Source: Octopus sinensis
Taxonomy: Eukaryota
DNA: 61,337 nucleotides
NCBI RefSeq assembly: GCF_006345805.1
Contig: NW_021832144.1
Coordinates: 1-61,337 of the forward strand
Direction: 5' to 3'
In this document: piece by piece, positions 47,761-59,548 of the stretch
How positions within the stretch are numbered: position 1 is the first letter of the stretch
Layout of the letters: every line of letters starts with the position of its first letter
The notes under the pieces: model-generated
The model's input: the letters and a program-made list of their open reading frames with translations, nothing else
Database searches by the model: none
Told to the model about the DNA's origin: nothing
Translations under genes and position numbers: made by a program

Positions 47761-48091
47761 ATGCCAAATGCAAGTTCAAATTTATACACAAGTACTAGCT
47801 GAAATTCATTTCTAGAGAATATTAATATCCTTAACGTAGAAAGTGATTTTGAAGATGACGAGTTTGACTACGGAAATGAGTCAGTATGGCCTGATACATA
47901 CAAGCCAACTAAAGTATGTCTTGATTTTCAGTGATTTTTAGAAAAATGTTTTCCAAGATTTCGAATTCACACCAGTTAAAGTTGATATGGAAAAAGTAGT
48001 GGAACGCCTTAAGGTCTCACTCAAAGATAGAAATATTCCTGAGAAAATTTTAATCAAGTATGGAATTAATGGAAAATATAATTGCCATTAA
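47761..48091 (+). CDS. Small 92-aa orphan protein, three exons
   Basis: Introns 47792-47815 (24 nt) and 47914-47941 (28 nt) join in frame: MPNASSNLYTKNINILNVESDFEDDEFDYGNESVWPDTYKPTKKNVFQDFEFTPVKVDMEKVVERLKVSLKDRNIPEKILIKYGINGKYNCH. Confidence 0.6.
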
Positions 48092-49049
48092 ATTAAAAAA
48101 ACTTATTATTATTTAATTTTTAATCAATAAGATTAGGTAAAAAAATTAATAAATTCAATTTATAAAAAAATATTTCATATATAAAGAAGTAATTTCCTTT
48201 CTTTCAATCCTACTTATGAAAAATATCTTGCACGTGACTCGGTGTCAACATTTCAATATGTTCTCCAAAAAGTAGACAAATGGATACTCTAACAAACTCG
48301 TTAATCATCGTTTCAAGCCTCATTCTGTCAGTATTGAATGAATGATTTTATTAAAAAGAAAAGCCGAAAAAAAGAGAAAGTTAATGAGACAACGTATGCC
48401 TCTTCTGCGTTGTTTCTCTGTCAGTATTATGAAGCACTTTGTCAACAACCTGTGGTTTCTACGCTCTTTAATTTGCAATTTGTCAAAAAATATAAAATCG
48501 ATACCGCGATTTAAACTTTCTTAGGCAAAATTACCTTGCTACAAATAAGTAGGGAAAGCAAACCACACTAGGTGGCAACAGTTATTAGCATATACGCATA
48601 GCATTCTAACATCAGAAATTTTACTTAATCCTTATAAGAGTTTATAATACGCTAAATCCAATGATTTCTACTTTATAGATGGGGGCTGGAACATTAAAGA
48701 AGTTATTGATCGGCCCTGATTAAATACTTTACTATTATTGATCTATTTCCAAATTTATAAAGATTCCTGTCAAAGAAAGGATGTTTTTGCATCAGGAGTT
48801 TCTCAAAGATTTTGTAATGTGAAAGAAAAAGTCTTATTTTAGCACATCATTCTTGTGATGTCCAAAATTCAAAAATAATCTTAACATTGAAAATAATGAT
48901 ACTGATACTCCCCGTGAAACTATATCCCTCAATCTGATAATAAACAGCCAAATACTTTGCGAAATACAGAAATACAACATACTATGCTCAATTTAAACTG
49001 AATGGCTCATTTATACTCGAGTTCAGATCTCATGCGGATTTTAATAACT

Positions 49050-50600
49050 TCCAAATGGAGGTGATGAGCTAAAACTTTTTGGCTCTGAGTGCCATCAAAT
49101 ACGCCAGTTTGAGTTACGTCCATCGGAGATCTTCCTAAGGAATTTTTTATACTGGGTAGGTAATGAAGAACTGGAGAAGTACCTCCCACGATACTCTCAC
49201 CCGGGTTTAAAGTGGAACGTTTTATGAAGTCTGGAAAAAGCTTACCAGTAGGAAAGTTAACTATCCCCTTGAGACGTGAGGCAATCCGACTAGGACTAAA
49301 CGTTGGCTTCAGAAAAATTGACTGCGCATGATTCTGTAAGCATGAGACTCGTTGTTGAAAATGTCAAGCCTACGGGCATATAGCACGTTTTTCCAAGCAG
49401 AAGTAAGATGCTTTACTTGTGACGATCTTCATGATAGGAAAGAATCTCCAAATCCGAGAGAATCTCTGCATCAATTGTGGATCATTAGAACACTGGGCTA
49501 CATATGGGGGCTGCCCCTCAATGAAGAATAATAAAACTACAGATTCCAATCCACCTCCTAGATTCCGGATTGTACACGGTCTCTAATAAAGCCCCAAATG
49601 TGACCTAAGCCTGAAAGAAACAGCAAACTGCGACTCCAGTTTGGAAGAATTGTCTGCCAACGGAAGCCTTTAAAAGCAGAGTATTTATTGGATCTCAAAC
49701 AAATGAGCCTGCGGACTCAAAATATAATGACAACTATACTGAGACGATAGATCTGGAAGCATTATAAGTCTCAAATTCAACTCCGGAGAAAAAACTAACA
49801 AAGGCAAACGTCTCAAAAAAGAAATCCCCTTTAAAAAGGAACTTAATATGTCGATAGACAGGTCACTTAAATCAATTGGAATTGAGAGATGCGATCTCCA
49901 ACAAAAAAGAACGATATTTACGGGATGTGGTGGTACTCCCACGCGAGGACTGCTATTAACCCATGTAAAAGGCTCTTTTGTGGTCACTCTCGTGAACGCA
50001 TTCCGAGCTAATCCGGCTCATGGCTTTCCACCGGCCGGATATTTTAGTAGTAAACAAGTCAAAATTGAAACATGAAATGATATTTACCTTGGATGACTAT
50101 ATTTCATATGGTGTCACGTAGAGGGATGGTGCGGATGCTGGCACGGACACGTCCATCTTTTTATGAATAGGTTGAAGATAAAAAAAACTCGAAAATAGAA
50201 AACGAAATTACTTGCGAATTATCTCTCGAGTTATTATGTGGACAAAAGTGGATTCTATTGGAGGAATGTACTCTAAGAAATTAGCTGAAAACAAAAACTC
50301 AAGTGCTGATTTCTTCAAACGTAATTGCACTGATTGCAGGAGACCTAAATTCTGAATGCCTATCTTTTGGCTGCTGTCGAAAAGAAAACCGAGATGGAAA
50401 AATACTGCGGGCTATATCCGATCAAGCTGGTTTTGATTTCTGGACATCTAAGAACTAAATCATTTTTCATGCCATGGAGATGATTTCTTAAGGCTGTTTT
50501 TAACTTTACTCTCATTGAAGCTTTTATGTGAATCCCAGAGGAAATCGAAGACATTGGCAGTGATCATGCCTCCCAAATGAAATATGTTCAAACTGGATTA
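49050..50600 (+). mobile_element. Decayed I/Jockey-group LINE: ORF1 zinc knuckles plus APE remnant
   Basis: Three knuckle-like motifs (RC*KCQAYGHIA; CFTCDDLHD; CINCGSLEH...GCP) followed by a DIGSDH APE C-terminal motif near 50550-50570. Confidence 0.65.
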
Positions 50601-51537
50601 AACTGGTCCCAGGAGAAGGATGGTGTATTATGTTGAAAGGTTTCAAGTCAAATTTAACTGGACCACCATGTTTAATCCGTACTTACCTTAAAAAATTTTC
50701 ATCTAATGACAAATTGGTCTTTTTAAAATAATCCATAAAGCAAATTGATCTGTTTTCTAATTGAAATTTTGAATATTTCTCAACAAATTTTTTTCTCTTG
50801 ATTTTGTTAATTCCTTTCGATTTTCAGGTGCAAATTTTAATTTCTTTAATGTATACAAACTTAGATCGAGATGTCAAGCGATACTTACTTTTGATTTTGA
50901 TAATTGTGAAAAATGTAAGTCAAATTTTTGTTGTATTCCATGAAATGTAATTGTATTATCGTCTTTGATGCATGATGTAAAAAGTCTACATTCTATAGTT
51001 CTTTATTAAACTTTTTCTATAATTTCTAACTCTCGTGTCAAGTTTGACTCCGTCCCATATCCACGAAATGCTATTTTTCTCGAGATATTGAATTCAATTT
51101 TCGTTTTTTCAATCCCCACCTGATTCTGCAGCTGAAATTAAATGTATTTTGTTTCGATGCATTTGATTTTTCTTTTCCAATGATTTACGTGTTATCTCCG
51201 CCACAAAATTGAACATAAACCAAAACCCGAGTTTGCAGGCCAATATCAATTAAAAGAATCTAAATTCTGTTCTTTAAAAAACTCGAAGGAATTCTATCAT
51301 GATGTACTAAATTCCTCTCATTGTCTTAATTTAAGACACTTAAGACTCTTAAGTGTATAAATAACTTCCACTTGTTAAAACCACTTACTAGGACAAAAAT
51401 TTGTTCTTCTCAGAGAGTAATAAACGAAATTGGTTTTTGTTTCTATATTTTTGAAATAATTATAATTATTATTTTTAATAATAAACTGGCAGACAAAGCA
51501 ACATCTGGGAAAAATGTGTTTTTAAGACGTAGTCAGG

Positions 51538-52796
51538 ATGCCAGAAAAAGCATCAGTGTGCCTACTGTCAATGAGAATGCATTATCTAAAAAAGAAACAA
51601 ATCCTTACAAATGTAGCATTACTAACAGCACTAACAGGCCTCGGAGTCGGAATAATGGACCAAGAATTGAGATTTAAAAATTACTATAAACCGAATTCTT
51701 CATTTCCAATGATGCTTTCAGTTTTCTTATCTCTATCAACTTCAATTTTGGTGTTATTAATCTTATTTTATCATTATTATAAAATAAAATCAAGGCTCCT
51801 CTGGGATGAATCAATTTCCTTTATTGCCTACATCAATTTAAAGGATATATTTTTAATATTTCTTGAAGTATTTGTATGTCTAATACACCCCGTACAAATT
51901 TTTGACAAAAAATTCCCGATAAATGCGATGCTATCATTCCCCGACATGACCGTTGCTTACTTCCATCTCAATTCTCTGTTGACTATCCTCATGTTTAACA
52001 GACTATATCTTGTCCTCAGAGTATTTAAGCTCAATTCTCGATATTATACAAATTTCTCTCCACACGTTGTTGGTATGTTAGGGCACATTGACCTTAACTC
52101 CACGTTTATCGTTAAATCACTTCTTTATCAATATCCAATCAGAATGTTGATAGTAATGATAGCTACAGGATTTCTGATCTCTTCTTGGTCCCTTAGAGCC
52201 TGTGAAATATCAGTTGATGAGATTCACGGATCTTTTGCTAACTCAATGTGGCTTGTGGCTATAACTTATATGTCTGTGGGGTACGGAGATATTGTCCCCA
52301 TATCTTTTTGCGGACGAACCACTGCTGTACTCACTGGAATATTTGGAGCTTTTTGTACTGCTCTTTTGATTGCCGTCGTGATTCCAAATTTGAGGTTTAC
52401 CAAAGCCGAAAGAAATGTTTATGAAGACTTTTTAAAATTAGAAAACTCCAAAAAAATCGAAGAAGAGTGCGTCAATGTATCGAAAGCCAGTCATCAAATA
52501 TATGAGGTAGCATACCTGGTCATTCTCTTTAGTGTAGTAAGAGAATTTTAAATAAAAGTTCTTATAGAGATCGAGCTCAGCTTATCCGACAACAGAGAAT
52601 GTTAATTAAGGCTAAAAAGAGAATGAGGGGAATCAAGCATTGTCAAAGAATATTATTTGAAGAAAGTTATTCGCTATCGGACATTGGAAAAATTAATGAA
52701 ATGATTGTTTCTCTCCAAGCGGAGACAGATAGAAATCATAAAATTCATGAAATATATTATAAAGAAATTCTGAATAAACTTGATAGTATAAATTAA
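51538..52796 (+). CDS. Small-conductance Ca2+-activated K+ channel (SK/KCNN family)
   Basis: LEVFVCLIHP, LMFNRLYLVLRV, SWSLRACE, MWLVAITYMSVGYGDIVP (filter), CGRTTAVLTGIFGAFCTALLIAVV, LRFTKAER; the 3' exon 52599-52796 aligns with the distal CaM-binding/coiled-coil region. Paralogue not assignable. Confidence 0.88.
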
Positions 52797-53242
52797 AATA
52801 TTTTAATAATAACTTCAAATAATAAAATAAATTTACTTGGTTAGAAAATTGTTTGTAATGTTAGTATACAATTATCACCTCTCAAATAGATATATTGATT
52901 CAGAGATATCTTCAATAGTATCACTAATTTTAAATATTCCGGACTTCACATCGAATAAAATTATGTCAAATAAGTCCCAGGTATTCCATGATTATAAATC
53001 TACCCATGACATCAGAAGGCTTGGCGCAAACAACATTTTTGATAAATAACTTTGTGAGGTTCACCATTTAGAATGCTTCATTTCGAGGATATTACTTAAA
53101 TATAAAAATCAACAATTCATCGACACGAGAATTTGAGAAAGACTAGCTAAAAAAGTCATTAAAAAGCAAAAGAACTATCATGGAAGCAGTTAAAAGATAA
53201 GAAATTGAATAAAAAATAAGCATTGTAAAATTCTTGTTAAGT

Positions 53243-53392
53243 CAGTGGTTTTCAACCGTAGTTCCTAGAAAATTTAATGTTGTCGTCAGGAATTTCAAAT
53301 AATTATAAAAAAATTAAAGCTAATTAAAAAAAGGTGATGAAATTTTATTGTGTAAAAGTGGTTTTTAGTGTTAAAAAGTTTGAGAACCGCTG
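53243..53392. mobile_element. 150-bp internally deleted hAT derivative related to 57203-59548
   Basis: Ends CAGTGGTTTTCAACCGT / TTTGAGAACCGCTG resemble CAGCGGTTCTCAAC; interior is a decayed copy of that element's termini; TSD not preserved. Confidence 0.7.
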
Positions 53393-54635
53393 TACTATAT
53401 AAACAAATACATTAACAAATAAAAAAATAATTGATACAAAAGCCCTATTAGTAAAGGCGGTCATAGTTAGTTAATTAGTTACCCCGGCTCTTCTAGCATG
53501 TAGGAAGCCGGCTGCAATCAGGTAGCAAGAAGCAGAGATTGATCCTGAATCCCAATAGGTGGTGAAACTTCCTTATCCTTTTATCAACATCCTTTTACTT
53601 TAAAAAGAATTCCTTTTTGAGCCTAAAATCCAGATTTTATTCTTCATTTCAAAAAAACATTACTCCCATACTTTCAGCTTTATACATTCACTTGCAACGG
53701 TATGAACATTCATGTCAGGAAACTAATACTTGACTTGTTGAGCATGCGGCAGTTTTATCAAATTCAAGGGAAAACTTATTCACTTTCTAGTGACTACTAA
53801 AACAGATATTTCCGAATACTGGATTTTGTATTGTTTTATACAATCTTTGCAATCAAAATGAACTCAGCGGATGGTAGATTCCAGGTTTAAAAAACTGGGC
53901 ACAATAAGTTTTTTGCCATCGAATCGAGAGCTTATCTTTAATAATTAATGTCATCGTACAATGAGGTTACCACGCAAAGTTAGACGAACCAATAATTGAT
54001 CCGAAAACAATAAGCAAAAGATTCTTCTGCATCAAAGAAAATGAATTGAAAAATTTTTTTTATTCGAAATGTACAATAAATCATATGTGGAAATTGATAG
54101 TTTTTTGAGCAAAGAGGAAAGCTCTTTTATAATATTACGACTACAGGGGGTGATGAAATTGTCAAAAATGTGTCAATTACCAATCAAATAGGCTTTTGAA
54201 CACAAATGAAATTTACATAGAACCATATAAATATAATACATTGTGTTGATTTTCGTCGATACAGTTGATGCAATTTCTCAGAGCTGTACAATATCGTCGA
54301 TTAGTGGAAAGCCTTTGTCTTACCGTATCACGGTGGGCAGTACATTTAAGTTTTCCGTGTATTCTGTTAAATATAAGTCGTGCAAACAACAAGTTTGTAA
54401 TTGCTGCTAGCAGATGAAAAAGAATCAATTTATTAACTTTTTATGTTTCATCAAAAAAAAAATTTCATTAAAATAAAATATCCAATCTTGTTATCTTAAT
54501 TTATATTGTGAATGAAAACAACAATTAAATTATTATATTTTAATTTTTTAATAATTATGTAAAATTTTTTAAAATAATATAACCTTAAATTCTAAAAAGA
54601 AATAAAATATAGATCAATCGTGAATAATTTATACA

Positions 54636-55623
54636 ATGATTTTCTTGGTGTTTCACTTTTTCTAACACCTAGATTTTTTCAATTTTGTTTTTTCTTGCAC
54701 GTACAAGGGACGTCGACATCGATCTTAAAAACGGGGGAAAAACTTTGACATATACCCTAGAACTATCTTCAGCTTTGGATTTCTTGAAAACACTGAAAAC
54801 CCAAATCATTCCAAAAGTTTAATAAATAATTGATAAAATATTAGTATTATGATTCAGACATAAGTGAATTTGAACTAACCATTGATCAAGCAATAGCTGA
54901 AATTGCAAAATTAGATCAAATCGGTATTGGCCTCATTAGTTGACCTATTTAAAAGAAAAAACAAAATTTAAATCCACAAAAGATAATAAAGTGCATGAAG
55001 AACAGTTTAATGAAATATCTTACGATTTCGAAACTCCACATATACCGGAGCTCTGTGAATTTTCTGACTCCAATGAGCTAAATATAGATGAATATTATGA
55101 CTCCAATGAGCTGAATATGGATGAATGTTATAACTCCGATGACCTGAATATGGATGAATGTTATAACTCAGATGAGCTGAATATAGATGAATATTATGAC
55201 TCCAATGAGCTGAATATGGATGAATGTTATAACTCCGATGACCTGAATATGTTTGAATGTTATAACTCCGATGACCTGAATATGGATGAATATTCTAACT
55301 TAGATGAGCTAAATATAGATGAATATTATGACTCCAATGAGCTGAATATGGATGAATGTTATGACTCCAATAAGTTGAATATGGATGAATTTTATAACTC
55401 TAATGACCTGAATATGAATGAATATTATAACTCCAATGAGTTGAATATGGATGAATATTTTAACTCTAATGACCTGAACATGAATGAATATTATACTTCT
55501 CGTCATCCGGATATACAAAAAAATTATGCCTCTGATTATCCATATTTTCACAAATCTACGAAGAAAATAAAATCTATAGGTGAAAACTTATCTTTCAGCG
55601 ACAAATTCGGCCTCTGGGTTTGA
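54636..55623 (+). CDS. Predicted secreted ~300-aa orphan protein with 13 acidic 11-aa repeats
   Basis: GT-AG introns at 54648-54672, 54817-54844 and 54924-54955 join in frame to give the hydrophobic N-terminus MIFLIFSILFFLARTRD, continuing into ORF 54940-55623. Confidence 0.72.
55066..55494 (+). repeat. Coding tandem repeat, 13 x 33 nt
   Basis: Consensus peptide (D/N)S(N/D)(E/D)LN(M/I)DE(Y/C)Y; all units stay in frame. Confidence 0.95.
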
Positions 55624-56639
55624 TTTTATATGTTTAGAGTTTATTTTAGTTTTTTGAACATCGTCATATAATCTATACTTCATTATTTTTTACCGGAAGC
55701 ACATTAATAACACTATCCATTATTTGTTCAGCAGTAAAAGTCGCCAGAAGATATAAGGTATTAGTTAATTAATATGTAATTTAGAAGAAAAAGAGGGAGC
55801 TTCTAACTGATGTCGATTCAATTGACAAAAAATTACTGGTAGATTGGGATGATTATTAAGTTTTAGAATGCTTAAATAAATTTACTAACAATAATCAGTC
55901 TTGTTTGGCTTTAATAATAAATTATTAATAAATTCAAAATAGGACAAATTAAATAAATTGTTAGAAACAATAATCTAATTTAACAGGAATTTCAATATAC
56001 TGCCTACAAAGATTCCAAAGTTGAAAAACAAAACTTTACAAAGAGAAAAAAACAACCCTACAAAGATTTCTTCTACAAAGACTGTAGAAGACTGGTAGAA
56101 CTCAAGTTATTACCAATTTTAAACAACTCAATTTCATATTCAATGTCTAATAAAACTTTAAAAAAGTTGCAGTTAAAATTATGATATTTCAAATAAATTA
56201 TTTATAATTAAGAGATTAACTAAAGTCATTCCGAATATTTACCAGTATATTCTTCTTTCTTGAATCCATAGAAAGTATATTTTCTGTATGAAAGCATCTT
56301 GTTATTTCTGTCAATGTCAACATTAAATTAGAGTTAAAAAATGTCATTACTGAAAAATGAATTAAATCACTATTAATAATCATGAATCTTTTTAACTTAA
56401 AATGCTCAGATATATTTCCCTTGCCGAGAAGAAAGTAACAACTAATAAATAGCTACTTTGATTTAGTAAAAATGTTTTGATTTCCTAAAAAACGCTAATT
56501 TTTGAAGCTTTAACCTAATGCTTGAAGCGTCAACACTAATGTTTGGAGGGTCAACATCAATGCTTGAACCTTCTATATTAAAGCCCGAATAACTAATTTT
56601 CTAAAGTATTCTTTATTTTATGAAAAATATTTTTAAATC

Positions 56640-57000
56640 TGATTAAGTGTACCTGCACTCCAAGTCGTTAGTATCCACTCTCTTTTTTTAGAAGAAGAGC
56701 TTATCTCACATTGCCTTTTACTCAAAATCATCACATCTTATTTTATCAATGTGTCTTCTTCAGAAATCATTGGGTCGTCTCTACCACTACATGATATCTC
56801 AACAAACCGATCAGAAATAGAATCATACTCTTTATCAGATACCTTCATCCCATTTTTGCTCAATTAGCATACTCTTAAGAGTCATTTTCAGCGTAACTGA
56901 TTGGATGTGCGTCCTCTTTGCTTCTCCAATAGATAAGTTATCAATATAATTTTCGGAGAACTTCATGACGACTCCATCCCAAATCATAATCAAATGAATA
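56640..57000 (-). mobile_element. 3' relic of a relative of the 4183-7759 REL retrotransposon
   Basis: IWDGVVMKFSENYIDNLSIGEAKRTHIQSVTLKMTLKSMLIE aligns with TWDGVVSKFFKSHMDKLSIEEGTRTYIQSVVLKRTLESMLIE. Confidence 0.8.
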
Positions 57001-57202
57001 TTTGTCCCTGAGAGTCAAAAAAGAAATTAATTAAATTTTATTATTTCCTTGAAAAATTTATTTAATGCCCTAAAGCAAAAATTTCTCTATAATTAGATTT
57101 GCTTTAGATCAGGGGTGTCAAATATGTGGCCCTCGAAAGACATAGGTGCGGCCCTCAGCGTACTTTGCCAAACATAAGTGCGGTCTGATTTAATGGCTAT
57201 AC

Positions 57203-59548
57203 CAGCGGTTCTCAACCGTGGTCCCCAGAAAATTTTTAGTGGTCCCCAGGAATTTTCGAAAAATAAAAATATATTAAAGTTAAAACTAATTGTACAATTA
57301 AGTATAAATCAAAAACATTGAAATTAATCAAGCGGTTCTCAATCGTGGTCCCCAGAAAATTTTTAGTGGTCCCCTGGAATTTTCGAAAAATAACAATATA
57401 TTAAATTTCAAACTAATTGTACAATTAAGTATAAATCAAAAACATTGAAATTAATCTGATTTGATTAGCGTGGTTTATCATTCTAGTTATGGTTAACAAG
57501 AATCGTCGTCTTTGGTCGGATTCTTACGTACAATTTGGATTTACTAAATTCATTGTCCCAAATAATGAAATAAAGGCAAAATGCATGATTTGCCATAAAA
57601 TTTTGGGAAACAATTCACTGAAATCTTTTCAACTTAGGCGCCACAAAGAGTCTGTACACCTAGAAAATTCTTCCTCACATGAATATTTTAAAGTCAAAAG
57701 AACGAAGTTTGATTCACAGCCAAAGCTTGAGTGGTTTAATAAATCTCAAGATAAACCGAGATTAGAAGCATCATATGCTGTAATTTTAATTTATATCCAA
57801 AACAAATAGGTCTCAATGATTATCGCAAAAAACAAAGCTGCACATAATTCTGGTGAAAAGTTAATCAAACCAGCGGCTCTTGAAATGGCTCGAATTTTGT
57901 TTGGTCCGGATGCAGTTACCAAACTTAAGGACATACCATTATCCAATGATTCAGTTTCCCGTAGAATTTCAGAATTGTCATCTGATATCCTGAAGCAATT
58001 AATTGAAAGAATCAATAAAAGTAAATGCAGAATAAGTATTCAATTGGACGAGTCAACTGACATTTCTAACGTCTGTCAGCTTGTGTCCTATGTTCGCTTT
58101 GTTGATGATGAGAATATTATTGATGAGTTTTTATTTTGTTTGGAGATGGATGGACACACTCGTGGAGAGGACATCTTTAATATTTTTGACAATTTTATGA
58201 AGACGAATAAAATCCAATGGGATAAAGTTGGATCTATATGTACTGATGGTGCACCTGTGATGATTGGTCATCAATCTGGACTTGTTACTCGTATTAAGGA
58301 TTTGGTTCCTGATATTGTTACAAGACATTGTGCATTGCACAAATATGCACTTTGTTCAAAAACTATGTGTTCGTCGTTAAGAGAAACACTAAACACCATT
58401 GTAAAAGTGATAAACTATATTCGATCTCGACCACTTAATCATCGAATTTTCCAAACTCTTTGTGAAGAGTTAGGAAGTGATCATTCTATACTACTTTATC
58501 ATTCTGAAATTAGGTGGCTTTCAAGAGGGAAAATCCTTTCGAGAATTTGTGAACTTTCCCCTGCGATCTCTTTGTTTTTGCGTGATAATATGCAGCATGA
58601 TTGGGCCGATCAATTTGATGATTTTACTTTTAAATCGAAAATGTATTATCTTGCCGATTTTTTAAACATTTTAAATGAGTTTAATTTGTCAATGCAGGGT
58701 AAAATTTTTATTAATTTATTTAAAGGTCTTTATATATCAATTGTCGAGGTCAATCAAATAATAATGGCTTTTAAAAAAAGTTATTATTGTGGATAATGAA
58801 AATAAAAAAAGGAATAACATCAATGTTCCCAATGCTTGAATATCATCTCGGACACAACCCACCGGATAATGTTCTTCTAAGTCTGATAATCAAACATCTG
58901 GAAAATCTCAAGACAAAATTTGATGATTATTTTCCTGTTGAAGACCCAATTCCAAACTGGATCGTTAACCTTTCTTGACCTCATTTAAAGAATATCAGGA
59001 ACTCAATTTTCAGCAGAGCTTGATTGAACTTCAATGTAATCAGTCTGCTCAGATTATTTTCAAATGTACTTCATTATTAGATTTTTGGTATTCTCATTAA
59101 TAATTACTTTTTATTGTTAGGTGTCAGATGGCGAAAGAATTCCCCATTTTGAGTAAAACTGCATTGGAATCAATACTTGCATTCCCCACTACTTATCACT
59201 GTGAAATGGCGATGTCGTGTCTGACTTTTCTAAAAACAAAATATAGAAATAGACTACGGGTACAAGATGATATGCGAGTAGCTTTGTCGAACATAGAGCC
59301 TGATATAAGTAAAATTATTCTGAGCAAACAAGATCAGAAATCTCACTAAATTACTATTAAATTTTCTGTTATTTTGATAATGTTCATGTTATTTTTATAA
59401 TAAATATTCGAACATGTCTAAACCTGGCCCTGACGAGGCCAAAAATTGTGCGCTAATACCAAAAAATGTTTATTTTATTTAAGGTGGTCCCCACAAAATT
59501 TTATAGTGCAAAAGTGGTCCCCAGTCTAAAAAAGGTTGAGAACCGCTG
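57203..59548 (+). mobile_element. hAT transposon (Buster/ZBED8/SCAND3-like) nested in 57110-61122; transposase 57489-59349 with micro-introns
   Basis: TIRs CAGCGGTTCTCAACC / GGTTGAGAACCGCTG; TSD GGCTATAC (57195-57202, 59549-59556); CMICH, SIQLDEST, CTDGAP, HCALH, SEIRWLSRG, FPTTYHCE; introns 57780-57809, 58699-58725, 59088-59120. Confidence 0.92.
57204..57457 (+). repeat. Tandem duplication (2 x 127 bp) of the left end of the nested hAT
   Basis: 57204-57330 and 57331-57457 are near-identical; the second copy begins AGCGGTTCTCAATCG. Confidence 0.9.

Noticed and set aside
53485-53520. Hairpin CCGGCTCTTC...GGAAGCCGG as an ncRNA or terminator
   Set aside because: Short imperfect stem with no family features or Pol III boxes.
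55066-55494. 33-nt repeat as a CRISPR-like array
   Set aside because: Units are contiguous, spacer-free and in-frame coding.
56517-56570. Two to three degenerate 21-nt repeats (ATGCTTGAAGCGTCAACACTA-like)
   Set aside because: Too short and degenerate; probably low-complexity coding or decayed sequence.
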